This document shows positions 1-13,957 of a stretch of 64,000 nucleotides of DNA, piece after piece. The position numbers and the translations under genes are program-made. Source of the stretch: Cenococcum geophilum (lineage: Eukaryota); assembly GCA_050273025.1 (NCBI GenBank), contig CP158635.1, positions 744,001 to 808,000 of the forward strand, in the 5' to 3' direction. Below the pieces are notes generated by a model. The model was not told the DNA's origin. It made no database searches and saw nothing but the letters and a program-made list of their open reading frames with translations. The stretch's first letter is position 1, and each line of letters opens with the position of its first letter.

Positions 1-2
1 CA

Positions 3-1085
3 CCAGCGTTCAATCGGCCGCAACAGCCGCAAGTTTATCAACCGCCTCAGTACCCTCAATCGCAGCAAGCGATACAATCGCAGCCCCGCCCAAGTATTGC
101 CCTCCACCCACTTCAAGGAAACGCTGCTTCTCGAAAACGGCGCCGCGACACCAGCGCCATCTATGAAGGTATCTCAAAAGCTTATCCCTACACCAGTGGC
201 TTCCACCGCTTCTTCGGACTTATTCGGGAGCGATTCCCCAAAGACAAAGAGATACGGATTGCTAGAGCACTTGCTGCAATCCGCCCATCTTTCATTGCTT
301 GCACTAAGGATTTAACGGATCAAGATCTCGTGTTCGGCGAGAAGAACCTGCAACGCCAACTGCTTACCTACGAAGACTCGATCGAGAAAATCGGCACGCC
401 AACTATCATATGCCGTCGGACAGGCGAAGTGGCAGCTGTAGGGAAAGAATTCAGCATCCTTACCGGCTGGCGGCGTGAAGTGCTGTTAGGCAAAGATCCG
501 AACGCAAACATCAACTGGGGCAGCTCTAGCGGCTCTCAATCAGCGAATACCAGCGGGAGCACGTCTCGCGGCGCCATGACGCCGTTGCTCGCAGGCCAAG
601 AACAGGACACGGGCCCGCGCCCCGTCTCAATCGCCGAGCTAATGGACGAAGATTCCGTCGTGCAGTTCTACGAGGACTTTGCGCAGATGGCGTTTTGCGA
701 CTCGCGCGGCTCCGCGCTGCGCTCCATCAAGCTGCTCAAGTACCGCACGAAGGAGGACATGATGAAGCTGGAGGAGCTCGCGGCCAACGAGGGCAAGGGT
801 GTCAAGGCGGATCCGCCGGTCAAGCTGGAGAGCTCGATCGGTGGCGAGTCAGGCATGTATAGACTCGGGGAAAGAGAGGGTATGGTGCAGTGCATGTGCC
901 AGTGGGTGATCAAGAGAGACATTTTCGATATGCCTATGCTGATTGTTATGAGTGTACGTTTTTTCCTCGCTTTAACCACCCCATCCCCCTTTCTCCTCCT
1001 ATCTCCATCTCCCCCTATCCACCCTCACCTTCCCCTCATAGGCCACAACTAACGTTATCCTCCGCAGATCTTGCCGGAAATATGA
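3..1085 (+). CDS. acuK: 3' part of AcuK/Ert1-type gluconeogenesis transcription factor (PAS-like C-terminal region); exons <3..953 and 1068..1085; 5' end outside window
   Basis: Frame 3 is open from base 3: RKRRRDTSAIYEGISKAYPYTSGFHRFF...IRPSFIACTKDLTDQDLVFGEKNLQR...GTPTIICRRTGEVAAVGKEFSILTGW...KRDIFDMPMLIVMS. Intron 954-1067 (GTACGT...CTAAC...CAG), then ILPEI*. Motifs recognised from the fungal AcuK/Ert1 family. Confidence 0.85.
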
Positions 1086-1848
1086 AACGGCTAAAGGAAC
1101 TCCTTTCGCCCAACTTCGCTACTTTCGTTATTCACAGAGCTCGGACATCAGCCCAACCCGAGTTTTCCCGACGAGTAGTCGTTTGTCGCACTATACCATA
1201 TCCGGATTTTCGATTTATTACCTCGCCTGCCTCGTTGCCTTACCATGTGCTTTTCGGCGTTCACCGGCGTTATGCGTGACTATGCGGCCTACGGCTCTCT
1301 GCTACAGCACAGCCTCTCTCAAATACCTCAGAAACAAAGCTTCGACGCACCACAACTAAAAAAGCACAGGAAAAGATCATAGCGTCAATGCACACGAGAC
1401 TTGGCCTTCAGTTGCTGCTGCATCCGGGTATATTTAAGGCCATTGGAGGGAAATTGGGAAATTATAAAAGCATGTGCGTATGGCGACTTTTGCCACATTT
1501 TTTGGGGTTTTTTTCCTTATTATATCTTCGCTTCTATGACGGGCTTGTACATTGTCGATCCGCTTGGACCGACGGTTAATGGCATTTTCAGGATATGTGA
1601 TTGCGGGTCTGCTTTCTGCTGGGATGGGGCCATAGAAATCTGGATAGAGATATGCCTGGGTTGGGTTGCGATTGATCTATATCTATGCATCGTATCAATA
1701 CCAAGTTTAATCTACATGCTGTGCCTAGCCGAGCCTCGATTTTGCCGATCCTAGTCCTCCCGGCTCTAGAAAGAGGCTGAAGGGCGAAGACTCCCTAACT
1801 CCTCCCTATAACACACTACCCCCGTGTGCCTATCTCCCCTCACCACCG

Positions 1849-2865
1849 TCAACTCACCACCTCCCCCTTCTCCTCCTCTCCAACCTCCTCATCCTCCACA
1901 TCGTCAAACTCCACCAGCGCCCTATCCTGCCTATACCGCACATACCCCGGCCGCGCCAAACTCCTCGCCGCAACCTGGATATCGGTCCTGATATCCTCGA
2001 TCAGGCTCTCCTTACTCACATAATCGTACTCCGGGCGAATGTACCCCAGGATGACGAGACTGAGCCGCGCGCCGTAGAAGTCGCGCGCGAAGTCGTGCAG
2101 GATGTGCACCTCAACACTGCGCACCGTGTTCTTGTAGAAGGGGTTGTAGCCCAGCGACATCACCATGGGGAACACGCGGCCGCGGCCGGCCGCGGCCTGC
2201 TCCTCGTCCTCGCGGGCGAGGGCCGCGAAGATGGCAGATGTGTCGAGTTGGAGGGCGGGGTCGTCCGAGGGCGGGGACGCCATCAGGTCGGCCGAGGGCC
2301 GGCGTGCGGCGGCGCTGTGGGCGGGCGGAGGGGTGGGCGGGGACGCGAAGTCGAGGCCCGCCCAGCCGAAGTAGATCCCCGAGTCGAGGGAGGAGTTGCC
2401 GCCGACGCTGAGGCCCGAGATGGGGATGTTGGCAGTTGGGATGCCAAGCTACTAGTGCAGAGAGGGTGGGTGTTAGCTATGTTGTTCACTCTTTTGCTAG
2501 ACAAAGTGCGCGGGCGGGGGGCGGTGGGACAGGGTGAGGCTTGGGATTGGCTGTTTTGGGAGGGGGGGGGGGGGTGGGGGGCAGCTTTTAGCTGGAGGTG
2601 CGTGCAGAGAGGGAGAGGGAGTTTCAGATAGGACGGTTCCTGAGCCTGGGGGACGAGTTGCGAGAAGGGAAAGGGGGAGAGGAGAGCGTAATTGGCGCAT
2701 TGGGAGAGGGAAAATAACGCGTGTAGGGTGAAAGGGTTGGCATACCTCTTTGCTGCCTCGTCCGAACCCTTTTATCACTTTCCCTTTCAACTTAAGCGGG
2801 AAGGGCGGTTCGGGGTCCTCCGGACCAACGATAGGTTCGCGGGGCTTGGAGCTGGGTGGTGGCAT
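1849..2865 (-). CDS. FMN1: Riboflavin kinase; exons 2865..2746 and 2448..1849
   Basis: Exon 1 [40 protein letters not shown]; intron GTATG...CTAAC...TAG (2745-2449); exon 2 LGIPTANIP...[10 protein letters not shown]...[33 protein letters not shown]...GYIRPEYDY. These are canonical flavokinase motifs. Confidence 0.95.
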
Positions 2866-4110
2866 TGTGAACGATAAAGGTGAGGTTGTGGAATTGCAAG
2901 ACGGTAGATGGAGGTTGATATAGAAGTTTGGTTGTTGACAATTCCGCCGGGAGTCCTGCACGTAATAATCCGACCCTGCCGACAAGGCTTTTGGTGGGGC
3001 AGAGTTCTGCCGCTAGCGGTAAGAGAATTAGGTGTTAACGTAATCCTCGTAATCGTAGGCTACCATGTCCGCGGTCACTTTTCCGATAGCGGCAACCCGT
3101 CGCAGCTGCATCCGCCGTACAGTGCCTGGCACCTGTAATATATCTCCCCATTCCTCATTTTCGATAAGTAGTTTGAGTGGGAGGGCTTATTGTACGCGCT
3201 AAGAGGAGATAGTGTTCGGCCTTAATTCTGCAATTATAATGGATCCGGTCGATAGACCGTCTTAGAGCACGCAATGTCAGGCGAGTTTTAGGGTTAGGAC
3301 GTTAGTGACGTGCCAGCGGAGGCGATACCCAATAAGAAAGCTAAAGCTTTATTGCTATAGCATAGATGTTTTGGCTTTAAATTCAAAACGCACGTATAAC
3401 TTTCCTATCCTGACCTTGTAGGACGCTTTAAGGATAATACTTAGATTATAACGCCGTAGATGGCGCCCTGAAAAAGGATCGATGCCATCTAGGAGCGTAA
3501 AAACATTGTAAAATAATACAGTGAGTTTGTTTTGTATAGAAGATGGTTAGCCGAATTAAGGGGTTGTTCGGTTGCATCTCCATATGGAGGTTTCATATTG
3601 TAATCGAAATGGAGCTCAAATCTGAATATGAGGCTGTTGTTCGGTAGATCTGACGACTTTTAAATATGGAACTCCTCCTTATCGGTAAGCGCGTTAAATT
3701 TGCAAGCTATCCCTTACAACGTTGGGGTCCTTAGAGAGTTCGCTACTGGATTTAATTGGGCACTTGCATTGAGCCAGGTTCTCCGATTGGCTAGTCCCTT
3801 ATCGATAACCGCAGGGCCCATTTCAACATTGTAAGGTATATATACTATGGTATCAGGCATATATTTTGTATTATCTGTGCGTTACAGGGCTCCCTGCAGC
3901 TGAAGACCCACACACAAAATATATGCCTGATACCATAGTATAGTAGTTGAAATAAGGTTCTCGGCACGTAGCTTCCAGCTCCTGTTCCATAGAAGTCCTT
4001 CCCACCTTGTGCACGGCCCCACCTCGTGCACACCGCCCAATCCGCACCAAAAAACACTAAAATACGTCTTTTTAGAACGCTTATATCTTAACAACTATAA
4101 TAGCTATTTA

Positions 4111-4317
4111 TATAAAATTTTAAATATGGTTTATTAAGTAATAAATTAAGCGCTTTATAAAATAAAAACGTAAAAAATATAGTATATAGCATAGTATAAA
4201 AATTTCATCCCAAAACTACCTAAAAATATGAAAAACACTATATAAAGCACAAATTCCAATTCCCAATTTTATAAAATGCTTAACTTATTACTTAATAAAC
4301 ATATGTAAAATTTTATT
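4111..4317. repeat. Imperfect ~52-bp inverted repeat (4111-4163 vs 4266-4317)
   Basis: tataaaattttaaatatggtttattaagtaataaattaagcgctttataaaat is nearly the reverse complement of attttataaaatgcttaacttattacttaataaacatatgtaaaattttat. Confidence 0.75.
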
Positions 4318-4599
4318 GACCCGAGGTACGAGTGGTCTATTACTTTTAGGTGTATGGGTGTCCAAATTTTCAAACCCTCGCCAAGCCAGCCTTTGATTGG
4401 TTAAAAAAAACTTGCGCGCGGTAAGTTATGGCAGAATCCACGTGACGAACTTTAAAACCTTAAGTTCTACCAAAGCTCTGCAAAAGCTCTACCATCTTAG
4501 TTGACTTAGGGAGAAATGCGGGTGATTCTTTTCTATATTATTATACTATTCTTACGCCTACCCTATACGGACACTGTCACGTTAGCCAAGTTGAGAACG

Positions 4600-5929
4600 G
4601 GAAGATAGAGACGGCAGAGGTGGAAGGAGGCTTGACGCGTTAACTGCGTTAGGGACGCGCTAAGACAACTAAGGCCCTTGAAGTCGACAGCTACGAAAGC
4701 GATATAGAAAATACGGTTTACGTGGCAGCAGTAGCCCCTGGTGCACCACGATTGAAGCGTATAGGGAAAAACTTACGCTTTAAGGATTAAATACTGTTAA
4801 CAAGAAACCTTATAATGGCTGAAAAGAGAATAGAGCGATTGGTAATAACAGCCACTACGGTAAATTAATTAACAACTAAGAAGACAAATGCAACATTAAA
4901 TAAGTATATTAAGGTGCTAACTAACCTAGTTATATTACTACTAGGGGCAATAGAGGAGCAAAAAGAGATATAAGCGAACTAAATTAAAGCTCTTACCAAA
5001 ATGTTTATAGAGTAGATTAATATACTTAGAGTAGAGGTTATGGAAAAGATAGAGGTGATCTAGACCTAATTGTCCAATATTTAAGCACTACCGAGCGCGG
5101 ATCCGTCGTACGCGGAGGTTGCCCATACGCTGCTAAATAGTTAACTAAATAACCTAACATCCTTCCCTTTAAGGAATACTATGCTATTAACTATTACCGA
5201 TACGCTGTACTGTATAGTTAATATATCTAGAGTTAAAGAAGAAAATAAGAATAAAGCATAACTAGGGGTAATTAGGTAAGTAATTAAAAGTGGTATACGC
5301 TTAACGGAAGGCCACGAGAGCTGGCGCTGTATAGCAGTGATTAAAGACCCTAGAAACCCCGTATGTATTAAGATAACTTATAGGAATAAAGCTAAGCTCT
5401 AATATATAAAAGAAGCGGCCTAAAAGACCTTAGCACCTAGTGTTTGGGTGCTGCGAGACTAGCTCTATTTAGTAAAAATTAACAACGCTAATTAAACAGC
5501 AGTTCTTAACTAGGAAGGAAAGATTTAAGATAAAGTAGTAGAGGTGCTAGGAAAAGAGAACAATGTATATATAGCCTAGATAGGATGACTTAGTAAAAAA
5601 GATATAGGAAAGGTATATAGATTAATAGTTGTATACGTTACTAAAAGTAGTAAAGCAGTATGGTTGCTGTAGGACTAATACTTTTATATTATAGGGGAAT
5701 TAGCCTACATTAGAACCTATAAACCTAAAAGCGGTCTAATATAATGCTATTAGTGTTAGACACTAGGATATAAAGCATTTACATATATAAGACCGCAAGT
5801 ATATGCTAGATGCGCTTAAGAAGGACATTATTATAATAACTGCTAAGGATAGATCCTAAAGTGTATACTATGCGGAGGACCACATAAATTGTTTAGTAAA
5901 AACTATTAAGTGCTTTATCCTACCCGCTA
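4600..5929 (+). pseudogene. LINE-A ORF1 (gag-like, three Cys/His knuckles); start approximate
   Basis: RIP-reverted reading at ~5740-5925: QCYxCQTLGHKAFTCTRPQVCARCAQEGHHxxxC...PKCVLCGGPHESFSKNCxVLYPTR. Confidence 0.8.
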
Positions 5930-6349
5930 TATAACAGGACCTTATAGTAGATACTACAGTAGGCTTGTTAATAGGCTGGGTATATAGGAATTGCAGGAAG
6001 TCAATAACATAATAATAACTGGTGGAGTGGTTGCCTAATAAATTAACTCTAATTATATTCTAAGAATTACTATAAGGAAGGAACTATCTAGGTAGGGACT
6101 AAGGGTCCTTAAATACACAACTATACTCCTAAGAAAGTCGTTACTTTATCTATTCTATCTGCTCTATTCGCTTTGTTATAGATCTTGTAAATTATACAGA
6201 TTACACAGATTATATCACGTGACTCTGCTTACTATTCCTTGTTACATAGTTCCACAGGTTCTATCCTAAACCGTGCCTATATTAACCAACTAGCTTCCTC
6301 TAACTTCTTTCTAAGTAGTTATAATATTATACTTAAAGCGTTCGTAATA
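5930..6349 (-). repeat. Gypsy 3' LTR
   Basis: Direct repeat of 13534-13953; abuts the PPT (ccatctccctcctcttt on + strand). Confidence 0.92.
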
Positions 6350-9300
6350 CCATCTCCCTCCTCTTTATCTTCGTCCTTAAAGATACCTAGTATCTCTAAG
6401 TCGTTTACTAGAGGTATAATATCCGTTTAATTAATTTGGTTAATATTGTTACTTATAATACCTAAAGCACCTTCTTTTTCTTTAACCTTTTGTTATACGC
6501 GTATAGTCTCTTCTATACTATTACTTGGTGAAGTAATGCTATCTCCGTATTCTCATTATGTAAAAGAGGGGTTAGTTTATGTTACGTTAGCGAGTCCTTT
6601 GTCTTAACAGCCCTCTTTTTATATAGAGTGCACTAAAGCAAACGTCCGATTGTCCTGCGATGTTCGTTTAATTTCTAACGCTAAGTATACGCGTCCTATG
6701 ACTCTTAATAGTCTCTAAGTTCCCTAAGTAATTTGTTATAAGGTCTTATATTTAATTTGCCGCTGCGAAGCTTAATAATAAACTGTTTGTTGCCCTAGTG
6801 GAACTTCATCATTCGCGTAACGCTAAGAAGGAGGCTATTAATGCTTAGCAATGGGCTCTTAATTCTCGTCTTACTGCATCTACTTAGTTAATTTATCTTA
6901 AGAAGGTTTATAAGAAGGTTTATTTTAAGGAGTGGAAACTTATAGAATAAGGTTTATAGGAACTTAGTAATAAAAGAACGGATTCTCTTTTAATAGCGAA
7001 GGAAACAACTCTAAGTAGTTCGGCAGTCGCTCTTCTAGGTCCCCCTTAGGTAACTTATTCTTTGGCGATTTTCCTTTATTAATATTGCCTGACCTTTTCT
7101 CTTTTAATACTCCTATACCTTTCCTATAGCGTTCTTTAGGTTCTCTAGTAGTTACTAGGTAGTCTTATTATAGCCTATTTACTTTACTTCGTACTATATT
7201 TTATTATTTATGTTCTTATAACTAACGATTTTTAAAACTTACTATTTGTCTTCTTCTTATCCTCTATATGTGTCTGCTTTATAAACCGGTGGCTTAATAT
7301 TCCTGTATACTAGCTCTAGTATTGCGATATACTATATAGGGTAGATCTTTATTTTAGCTAGTAGATTTAACTTAAATATAACTAATAAATTTTTTTTCTT
7401 AATTTCGAAGGGTCCTAGTCTAACGTGGTCTAACTTCTTACTTAGTTGTTAACTCTTAAAATTTTTGTATAGTAGCTATACTTTATCTCCCTCCTTAAGA
7501 TCTAGTCCCTTAGATCTCTTAGTATTATAGTACCTTTTTATTCTTTGCTGTACTACCTTAACTATTTTTATAAGGTTTATATAAAGATTTATTAATATCT
7601 CTATTCTTTATTTAGCTGTGCTACTTATTTTCTTTACTTATTATAGCGATAATAAGGTCCTTAGCTTATATCCGTAATTCGCCTTAAATAGTAATATGCC
7701 TATTCCTTTCTATAGTGTTATATTATATACAAACTATATAACTGGTAATAGCAATACCTAATTATTCTATGCATAATTAATATAATGCCTTAAATACTGT
7801 TCTAGTATCTAATTTAATCTTTCTATTTAACCGTCTGTCTGCGGATAATATATAGTAGAAGTTACTGCTTAAACTCCTTACTCTACTAAGAATACTTCCT
7901 AGAATACTGCTATAAATCTTAAATCTCTATCCAATATAATTTTGCTTAGTACTCTATGTCTTATAAATACTTCTTTAATATAGATTCTAGCGATATCTTC
8001 CGCTAATATTTCTTTTATACATGCTATAAAGTATCCCTACTTTATAAGCTTATTTTACTATTACTAAGATCACGTTATAATCTTGTCCAGTAATAGGATC
8101 TCTTAACTTTAGTAACTTAATAATAAAGTCCCACGATATAACCTCCTATATTCTCTTTAGTATTTCGATAGGTTATAGCTCTCTATATAGCTTATGCTTT
8201 GTTAGTTTATTCCTTTAGTAATTTAGACATTCTTTTATAATTTACCTAGCTAGTTTCTAAATTCCATTAATAATATACTCCTCTTAAAGTCTTAACACTA
8301 AGCCTATAGCTCCATTGTGTCCTTAAGTTAGTCCTTTATAAAATAACTTAATAAACTCCTTTGCGATACTCCTAGGCACGTATATTACTTCTTAATTTTT
8401 ATACTACTCTAAGTCTAGATCCTCTATTTATGCGTCTAGGATCTTTTATATCTAATTACTCTCTAGTAATTTATAGATCTTCTTTTCTTATATTACTATA
8501 ATCTTTGGGTAATTATACCTAATTAATTTGTCTATATCTCTTCGCAACAAAGCCCCTAATAGCTTATTATCGTTTTATAGTTTAGCCTTTTTACTTAAAG
8601 CGTCTACTTATACATTTTCTGTACCCTTAGTATACTAAATCTCGAAATAGTATTCTGCAAGCATCTCTGCCTATCTAACCTATTTATAATTAAGTTCTTT
8701 CGTTATTAGGAACCCCGTTAGGTTCTTATAATCTATCTTAACTATAAATAATTTCTTTATACCTTATAAGAATGATCTCTATTCCCTTAATACTATAACT
8801 ATACCTAATAACTCCTTATTATAGATATTATAGTTCAGTTCTGGTGGTATTATCTTCCAACTATAGTATGCTACTAGGTGCCATCCATCTTAATGTTTCT
8901 ATAGGAAGTACGCTTTTAGTGCATAGTCTAATGCATCCGTCTTAACTACTGTCTCTAGTTATAGCTAATAGATTTTAAGAACTGGCTCCTAGGTAAACAA
9001 CAGCTTAATCTTCTTAAACAGTTCCTTTTATTCCTCTCCCTATGCCCATAGTTCTTCTTTCTTTATTAATTTTATAAGTAGCTTAATGTCCTTTAACTAT
9101 TAAGCTATAAACCTTCTATAGTAATTGCAGAACCCTAAAAATAACCTTAACTATATTACATTTTCTAGTTCTTGCCAATTTACTATAGCCTTAATCTTCT
9201 TTAGATCTATACTAAGTTAGCCTAGTTTAATAATAAATCCGACGAAATCTATCTTCCTAATAAAGAACTCGCATTTCTTAATTACTACTAGCATTTATTC

Positions 9301-12300
9301 TTCTTATAGTCTCTTTAAAACCTATTTAATATATTCTCTATATTCTTCCTTACTTATTAAGTAGATAATAATATTATTAAAATATACCATAACAAATTTA
9401 TCTAAGTGTTCTCTTAATACGTTATTAATATATTTCTAAAACGTTACTAGTGCGTTTATAAGCCTAAATTACATAACTAATGGTTTATATAGTCCTTCCT
9501 TTAACCTAAAGGCTGCCTTCCATTCGTCGCCTTCCTTAATTCTAATCTAATAGTACGCCCATTTTAGATATATCTTCGTAAAGATTTGTGTATTGCCGAT
9601 CCTATCTTAAATTTCGCTAATTAAGGGTAAAGGATATCTATTCTTTCTGGTAATGCTATTTAACTATTTATAGTTAATGCATAACCTAAGTTTTTTATTC
9701 TTCTTTAGTACGAACAGTACTAGATAACCTACTAATAATTGTAATAGTTTAATATATCCCTTTTATAAGTTTTCTTAGATAAACTCTTTTAATGCTCTAC
9801 CCTCTTCTTTAGTAAGCTTATAGATTAGAAAGAACTATAGACTTATTCCTAGTTCTAACTCTATTTTATAGTCCTATACTATATACTCTAACAGCTTTTT
9901 ACTTTCTAGTAACTATAATTTCTTACTATACTTATGGTATTTTTTTAGTATATAACTTAATCCTTAATTGGTCTCCTTATATATCGCTCTAACCTAATAC
10001 TATACTAACTTAGTTTATTATCGCATCTTATATTATTGCGTATCTTTAATATTAACCTCACTTATAACCCAATTAATCTTTAAATTATATTCCTATAACT
10101 AAGGCATTCTTAGTATTGCCTTATTATTCCCTAATAGTAATATATCGAAAGACATCTTAACTTATCTCCCTTTAATAGTTAACTAAATAGGTCCTGTTTT
10201 AAGATTAATAATACCTCCTCTATAGGCTATTAGATCTCCTAAAATTGTTACTAATAGGTAAGGACGTTCCTTCTGTCTATATAGTAACCCCATTCTTTTA
10301 ACTGCTGCTAGTAAAATATGGTTTCTTATTACTCCACTATTTACTAATACTTCGAACTGTTAATCTTGCCATTTAATTTTTAGATTTAGGTATTGTCCTT
10401 AAATTCCTTTAAGGGTCTAAGGCTCTACCACTAGCTCCCTTTAGTCCTATAGGCCTCTACTTTTCCTAACTAATAGCTACTAGATCCTGTTTATACTTAG
10501 TCCAACTTAGGCCAATACTTAGTTCGTTTCTTTTCTTTAATATACCATAGATAGGTGTTCTCTAGACATTCCCACTATTATTGTCTATCTAGGCATTTTT
10601 CCATAAGGAATCTTCCTGGTTAAAGTATTAAGTCCCCTTATTTTTAAACTTCTATAGGGTACCAACTATATATATACTTAGCGTTTCTGTACTTTATCTT
10701 ATCCGGTGCCTAATATATCCTTACTAGGTACTTCCAGTTCTTATCTTTTAGTACTTTATATATATTGCACGCGTTATCTATATATATAATCCATGCCAAC
10801 GTATAATGCGCTTAGTGTCTTAGGTTAACTCTCGGCTCATCTTTATTCTTAAGTTTAAACCTTTCTTATGTTAATCTAAGCGTTATAACTTTATTTACAG
10901 GTACTAAGATGCGTCTCTCGCTTCTCTAGTCCTCTAATCATTCCTCTAGATCCTTTAATATTATGATTAAGGCTCCCTTAATGTGATTTATCGCTTTTTC
11001 CGTAATTAGGTGGTCTTAGATAACTTTCTCGTCTAACCACATATAGAAATCTTCCTACTCGTTATTGTGCCTTTGTCTATACCACTTTTAGTATAGCTGC
11101 TGGAGTATATACGGCTTATCTGTAAGAAAGTATCTTTTTATTACTATATTATAATAGCCCTTTATATATCGTTCTTTAAACCTAGTTAGAATCCCTAGAT
11201 CCTCTTTATTTTCCAGTTTAGTAAGCTACTTAGCTCTTAGTATGCCTATTCTTAGCCTATTAGTAATTCTTTATATAGGTACTCTGTCCCTTATATAACC
11301 TAGTATACTAGATTTTATATCTAGTTTCTTTTCTTACTATAAGGTAATTCTTGCTCTAAATTCCTCTATGGTTTCTTTCCTTTCGCGTCTTATAAGTGGA
11401 TTTTTAAAGTCTTCTTGCTTCCTAATCGTTGTATTAACTTTTTAATCTTTAGATTAAACACTGTGTTTATCTAGTAAGTCTTCTAGGTTTATATATCTGT
11501 CTCCTAATCTAATTACTATTTGCACTATAGATTCTCTAATCTATAAGGAAGCTCCTTACTTTTTAATTATAGGTGTTCTAATCCGTGTCCTAAATTCTTA
11601 GTCCCTTAAATTCTTTAATCCTAAGCTTGCTTCTAACTTAAGCTTAGCCCCAGCCTTAGTCCAATTAGGCTTTACTAGTATTCTTATCTCGTCTTAAGAG
11701 TCTTAAATCTTACTTATCTTATCTTAAGAATCTTATACCGTTAGGAATACTTATCCCAAGCTTATTTATATATTTTTAAACTAAGCTGCTGCCCTGCTCT
11801 ATCGGTTTGCGTCTATTATAGGTCCTTAAGCGTACCTCATCTCGTCTTAAGAATCTTAGTTATCTCTTATCTCGTCTTAAGAATCTTAAGCCTTTAGCCT
11901 TTTGCCTTTATCGAGTGGTAAGCTAGCACTAGCAGTTATCTGCTTGCTTAATTGTCTCTAGATATTACTCCTTCTGTCTTATAAAGCAATAGATGCCGTA
12001 TCTAATGGTATTATAATGCCCGTTACTAAACCTTACTCTATAGCGGTCTTAGTCTCTACTTCTATTACGTTATTAAGGTTTAGATACCCCCAGTTAGTTC
12101 CTTTACTATCCTCGTCGCTATTAATTAATAAGTACTCTAACTTTATTGTTATTATTACTAATTATTATCCGCACATTGCTATAATATCTTAATCTAGCTT
12201 ATAGAGTCGATCTTATTCTTTATCTAACTCTTTAGTTCCTTTAAGTCCTTTTAACTCTAGCTCTTATAGCTAATAGCTTGCACCATACTTAGCGTCTTTA

Positions 12301-13533
12301 TAAATTTAGTATGCGTTATTATAATAAAACGCAAAACTTCTAATTAAATATTCTTTTATTCTTTATAGTGCACTATTATCCCTTTATACGTATATGTTAT
12401 ATACTACTAGTCTAGTTCCCTTTACTATATAGTAACTCTAACCACTTCTATAGTCTTTAGCGAAATAACCCTGTTTTCCGCAATTTATATAAGCTCTATC
12501 TTTAAACTATTACTTTTGTTATAGAGTCCGCTCAAACATCTTCTGCTACTAAGATCCTTGGTTTAGCCTATACTCCCTAGTCCTATAATCGCTTAATCCT
12601 TAACCTCTAGGTTTCTATAGTTTCTTACTCCATCTCTTATAGGCTTCTTTAGTACCACTTAGGTCTATTAGCTCTGCGCCATACTATAGTTTCTAACTTA
12701 GCTTTAGTTATTGCGTGCTTTACGTCTTATACAACTATAAAACTCTATCTTAGCCTCTTTTAGCCTGTTCCCTTTAGAAGATCCTATTATTAATCTTAAT
12801 CGCTTAATCTATTAATTCCCTTAGGGTATCCACATCTTCTATTAGAATAATTACGTCCTAGACTTTAGCCTTAAGTCCCTATTTATACTGTGCTATAAGC
12901 GCCTTATCGTTCCATTCGACCTATATAGTAAGTATTTAAAACTATATCGTATACTTAATTACTAAAGTTCGCTGTATTAGGTCCTAAAGCTTTTTTTCTG
13001 CTATAACTGTTGCTTCTAGGTCTCTAAATATCTGTATTAATCGTTCCGCGAATCCTACCTAGCTAAAAAACACAAATCGTACCTCTTAATTGGTAGTAGT
13101 TATTCCGTTAGTCTGTATTTCTATTAAGTAGGGTTTAAACTATTTAAGTGCCCAACCCGTTAGGAATAGTCCTGCGTAGGCTATCTAATCCATTATCGTG
13201 GCTAACTTAGCCCCCTCTTGCATAACTTTAAAATGCATTTACATTAGGAATCCTTTAAGCTTTAATCTCTCTCCTAAGAATCATTTAATTAAAAGTAATT
13301 TAACCTTTGCTGCTCCAATCCCATTAAGTCTTTCCTTAAGTATTTGGTTGTTCTCGTTTAACCTATTAATAATTTCCTATAGCTGCCCAACCGTAACTGG
13401 TTGTAAGTCAGTATCTTGTATACTTATATCTCCACTTAACCTTAAAGTGGTTGCTGCCGTTAACGGCGTCGTAGTGGCTACTTTTAGTAGCATGTTATTT
13501 AACTTCTTAAACCTATAACCGTGGTAGTAATTG

Positions 13534-13953
13534 TATAATAGGACCTTATAGTAGATACTACGGTAGGCTTATTAATAGGCTAGGTATATAGGAATTATAG
13601 AAAGTTAATAACGTAATAATAACTAGTGGAGTGGTTGCCTAATAGATTAACTCTAATTATATTCTAAGAATTACTACGAGGAAGGAACTATCTAGGTAGG
13701 GACTAAGGGTCCTTAAATACACAACTGTACTCCTAAGAAAGTCGTTGCTCTATCTGCTCTGTCCACTCTATTCGCTCTATTATAGATCTCGCAGATTATA
13801 TAGATTATACAGATCATATCACGTGACTCTACTTACTATTCCTCGTTATATGGTTCCACGGGTTCCATCTTAGACTGTGCCTATATTAACCAACTAGCTT
13901 CCTCCAACTCCTCTCCAAGTAGTCATAATATCGTACTTAAAGCGTTCGTAACA
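13534..13953 (-). repeat. Gypsy 5' LTR
   Basis: Direct repeat of 5930-6349; ends ...gtaaca, followed by TSD cgcta. Confidence 0.92.
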
Positions 13954-13957
13954 CGCT

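Larger units (their letters stand above)
5930..13953 (-). mobile_element. Complete Ty3/Gypsy chromovirus LTR retrotransposon, RIP-degenerate
   Basis: 420-bp LTRs at 5930-6349 and 13534-13953; 5-bp TSD cgcta (5925-5929 / 13954-13958); polypurine tract next to 6350. Minus-strand order: gag (ATG 13493; knuckle ~12450-12495), protease (LV[D]SG ~10340), RT (GL[T]NA..TF, [YLDD] ~9380), RNase H, integrase, chromodomain (~7090-7250). Confidence 0.93.

Noticed and set aside
97..315. 72-aa ORF and the GTG start at 330
   Set aside because: The real reading frame is frame 3, open from base 3. The 72-aa ORF is an alternative frame of acuK.
890..1754. Short ORFs downstream of or overlapping the acuK end
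   Set aside because: They fall in intron/3' UTR sequence and have no recognisable motifs.
1826..3138. Plus-strand ORFs overlapping FMN1
   Set aside because: These are antisense shadows in GC-rich coding sequence.
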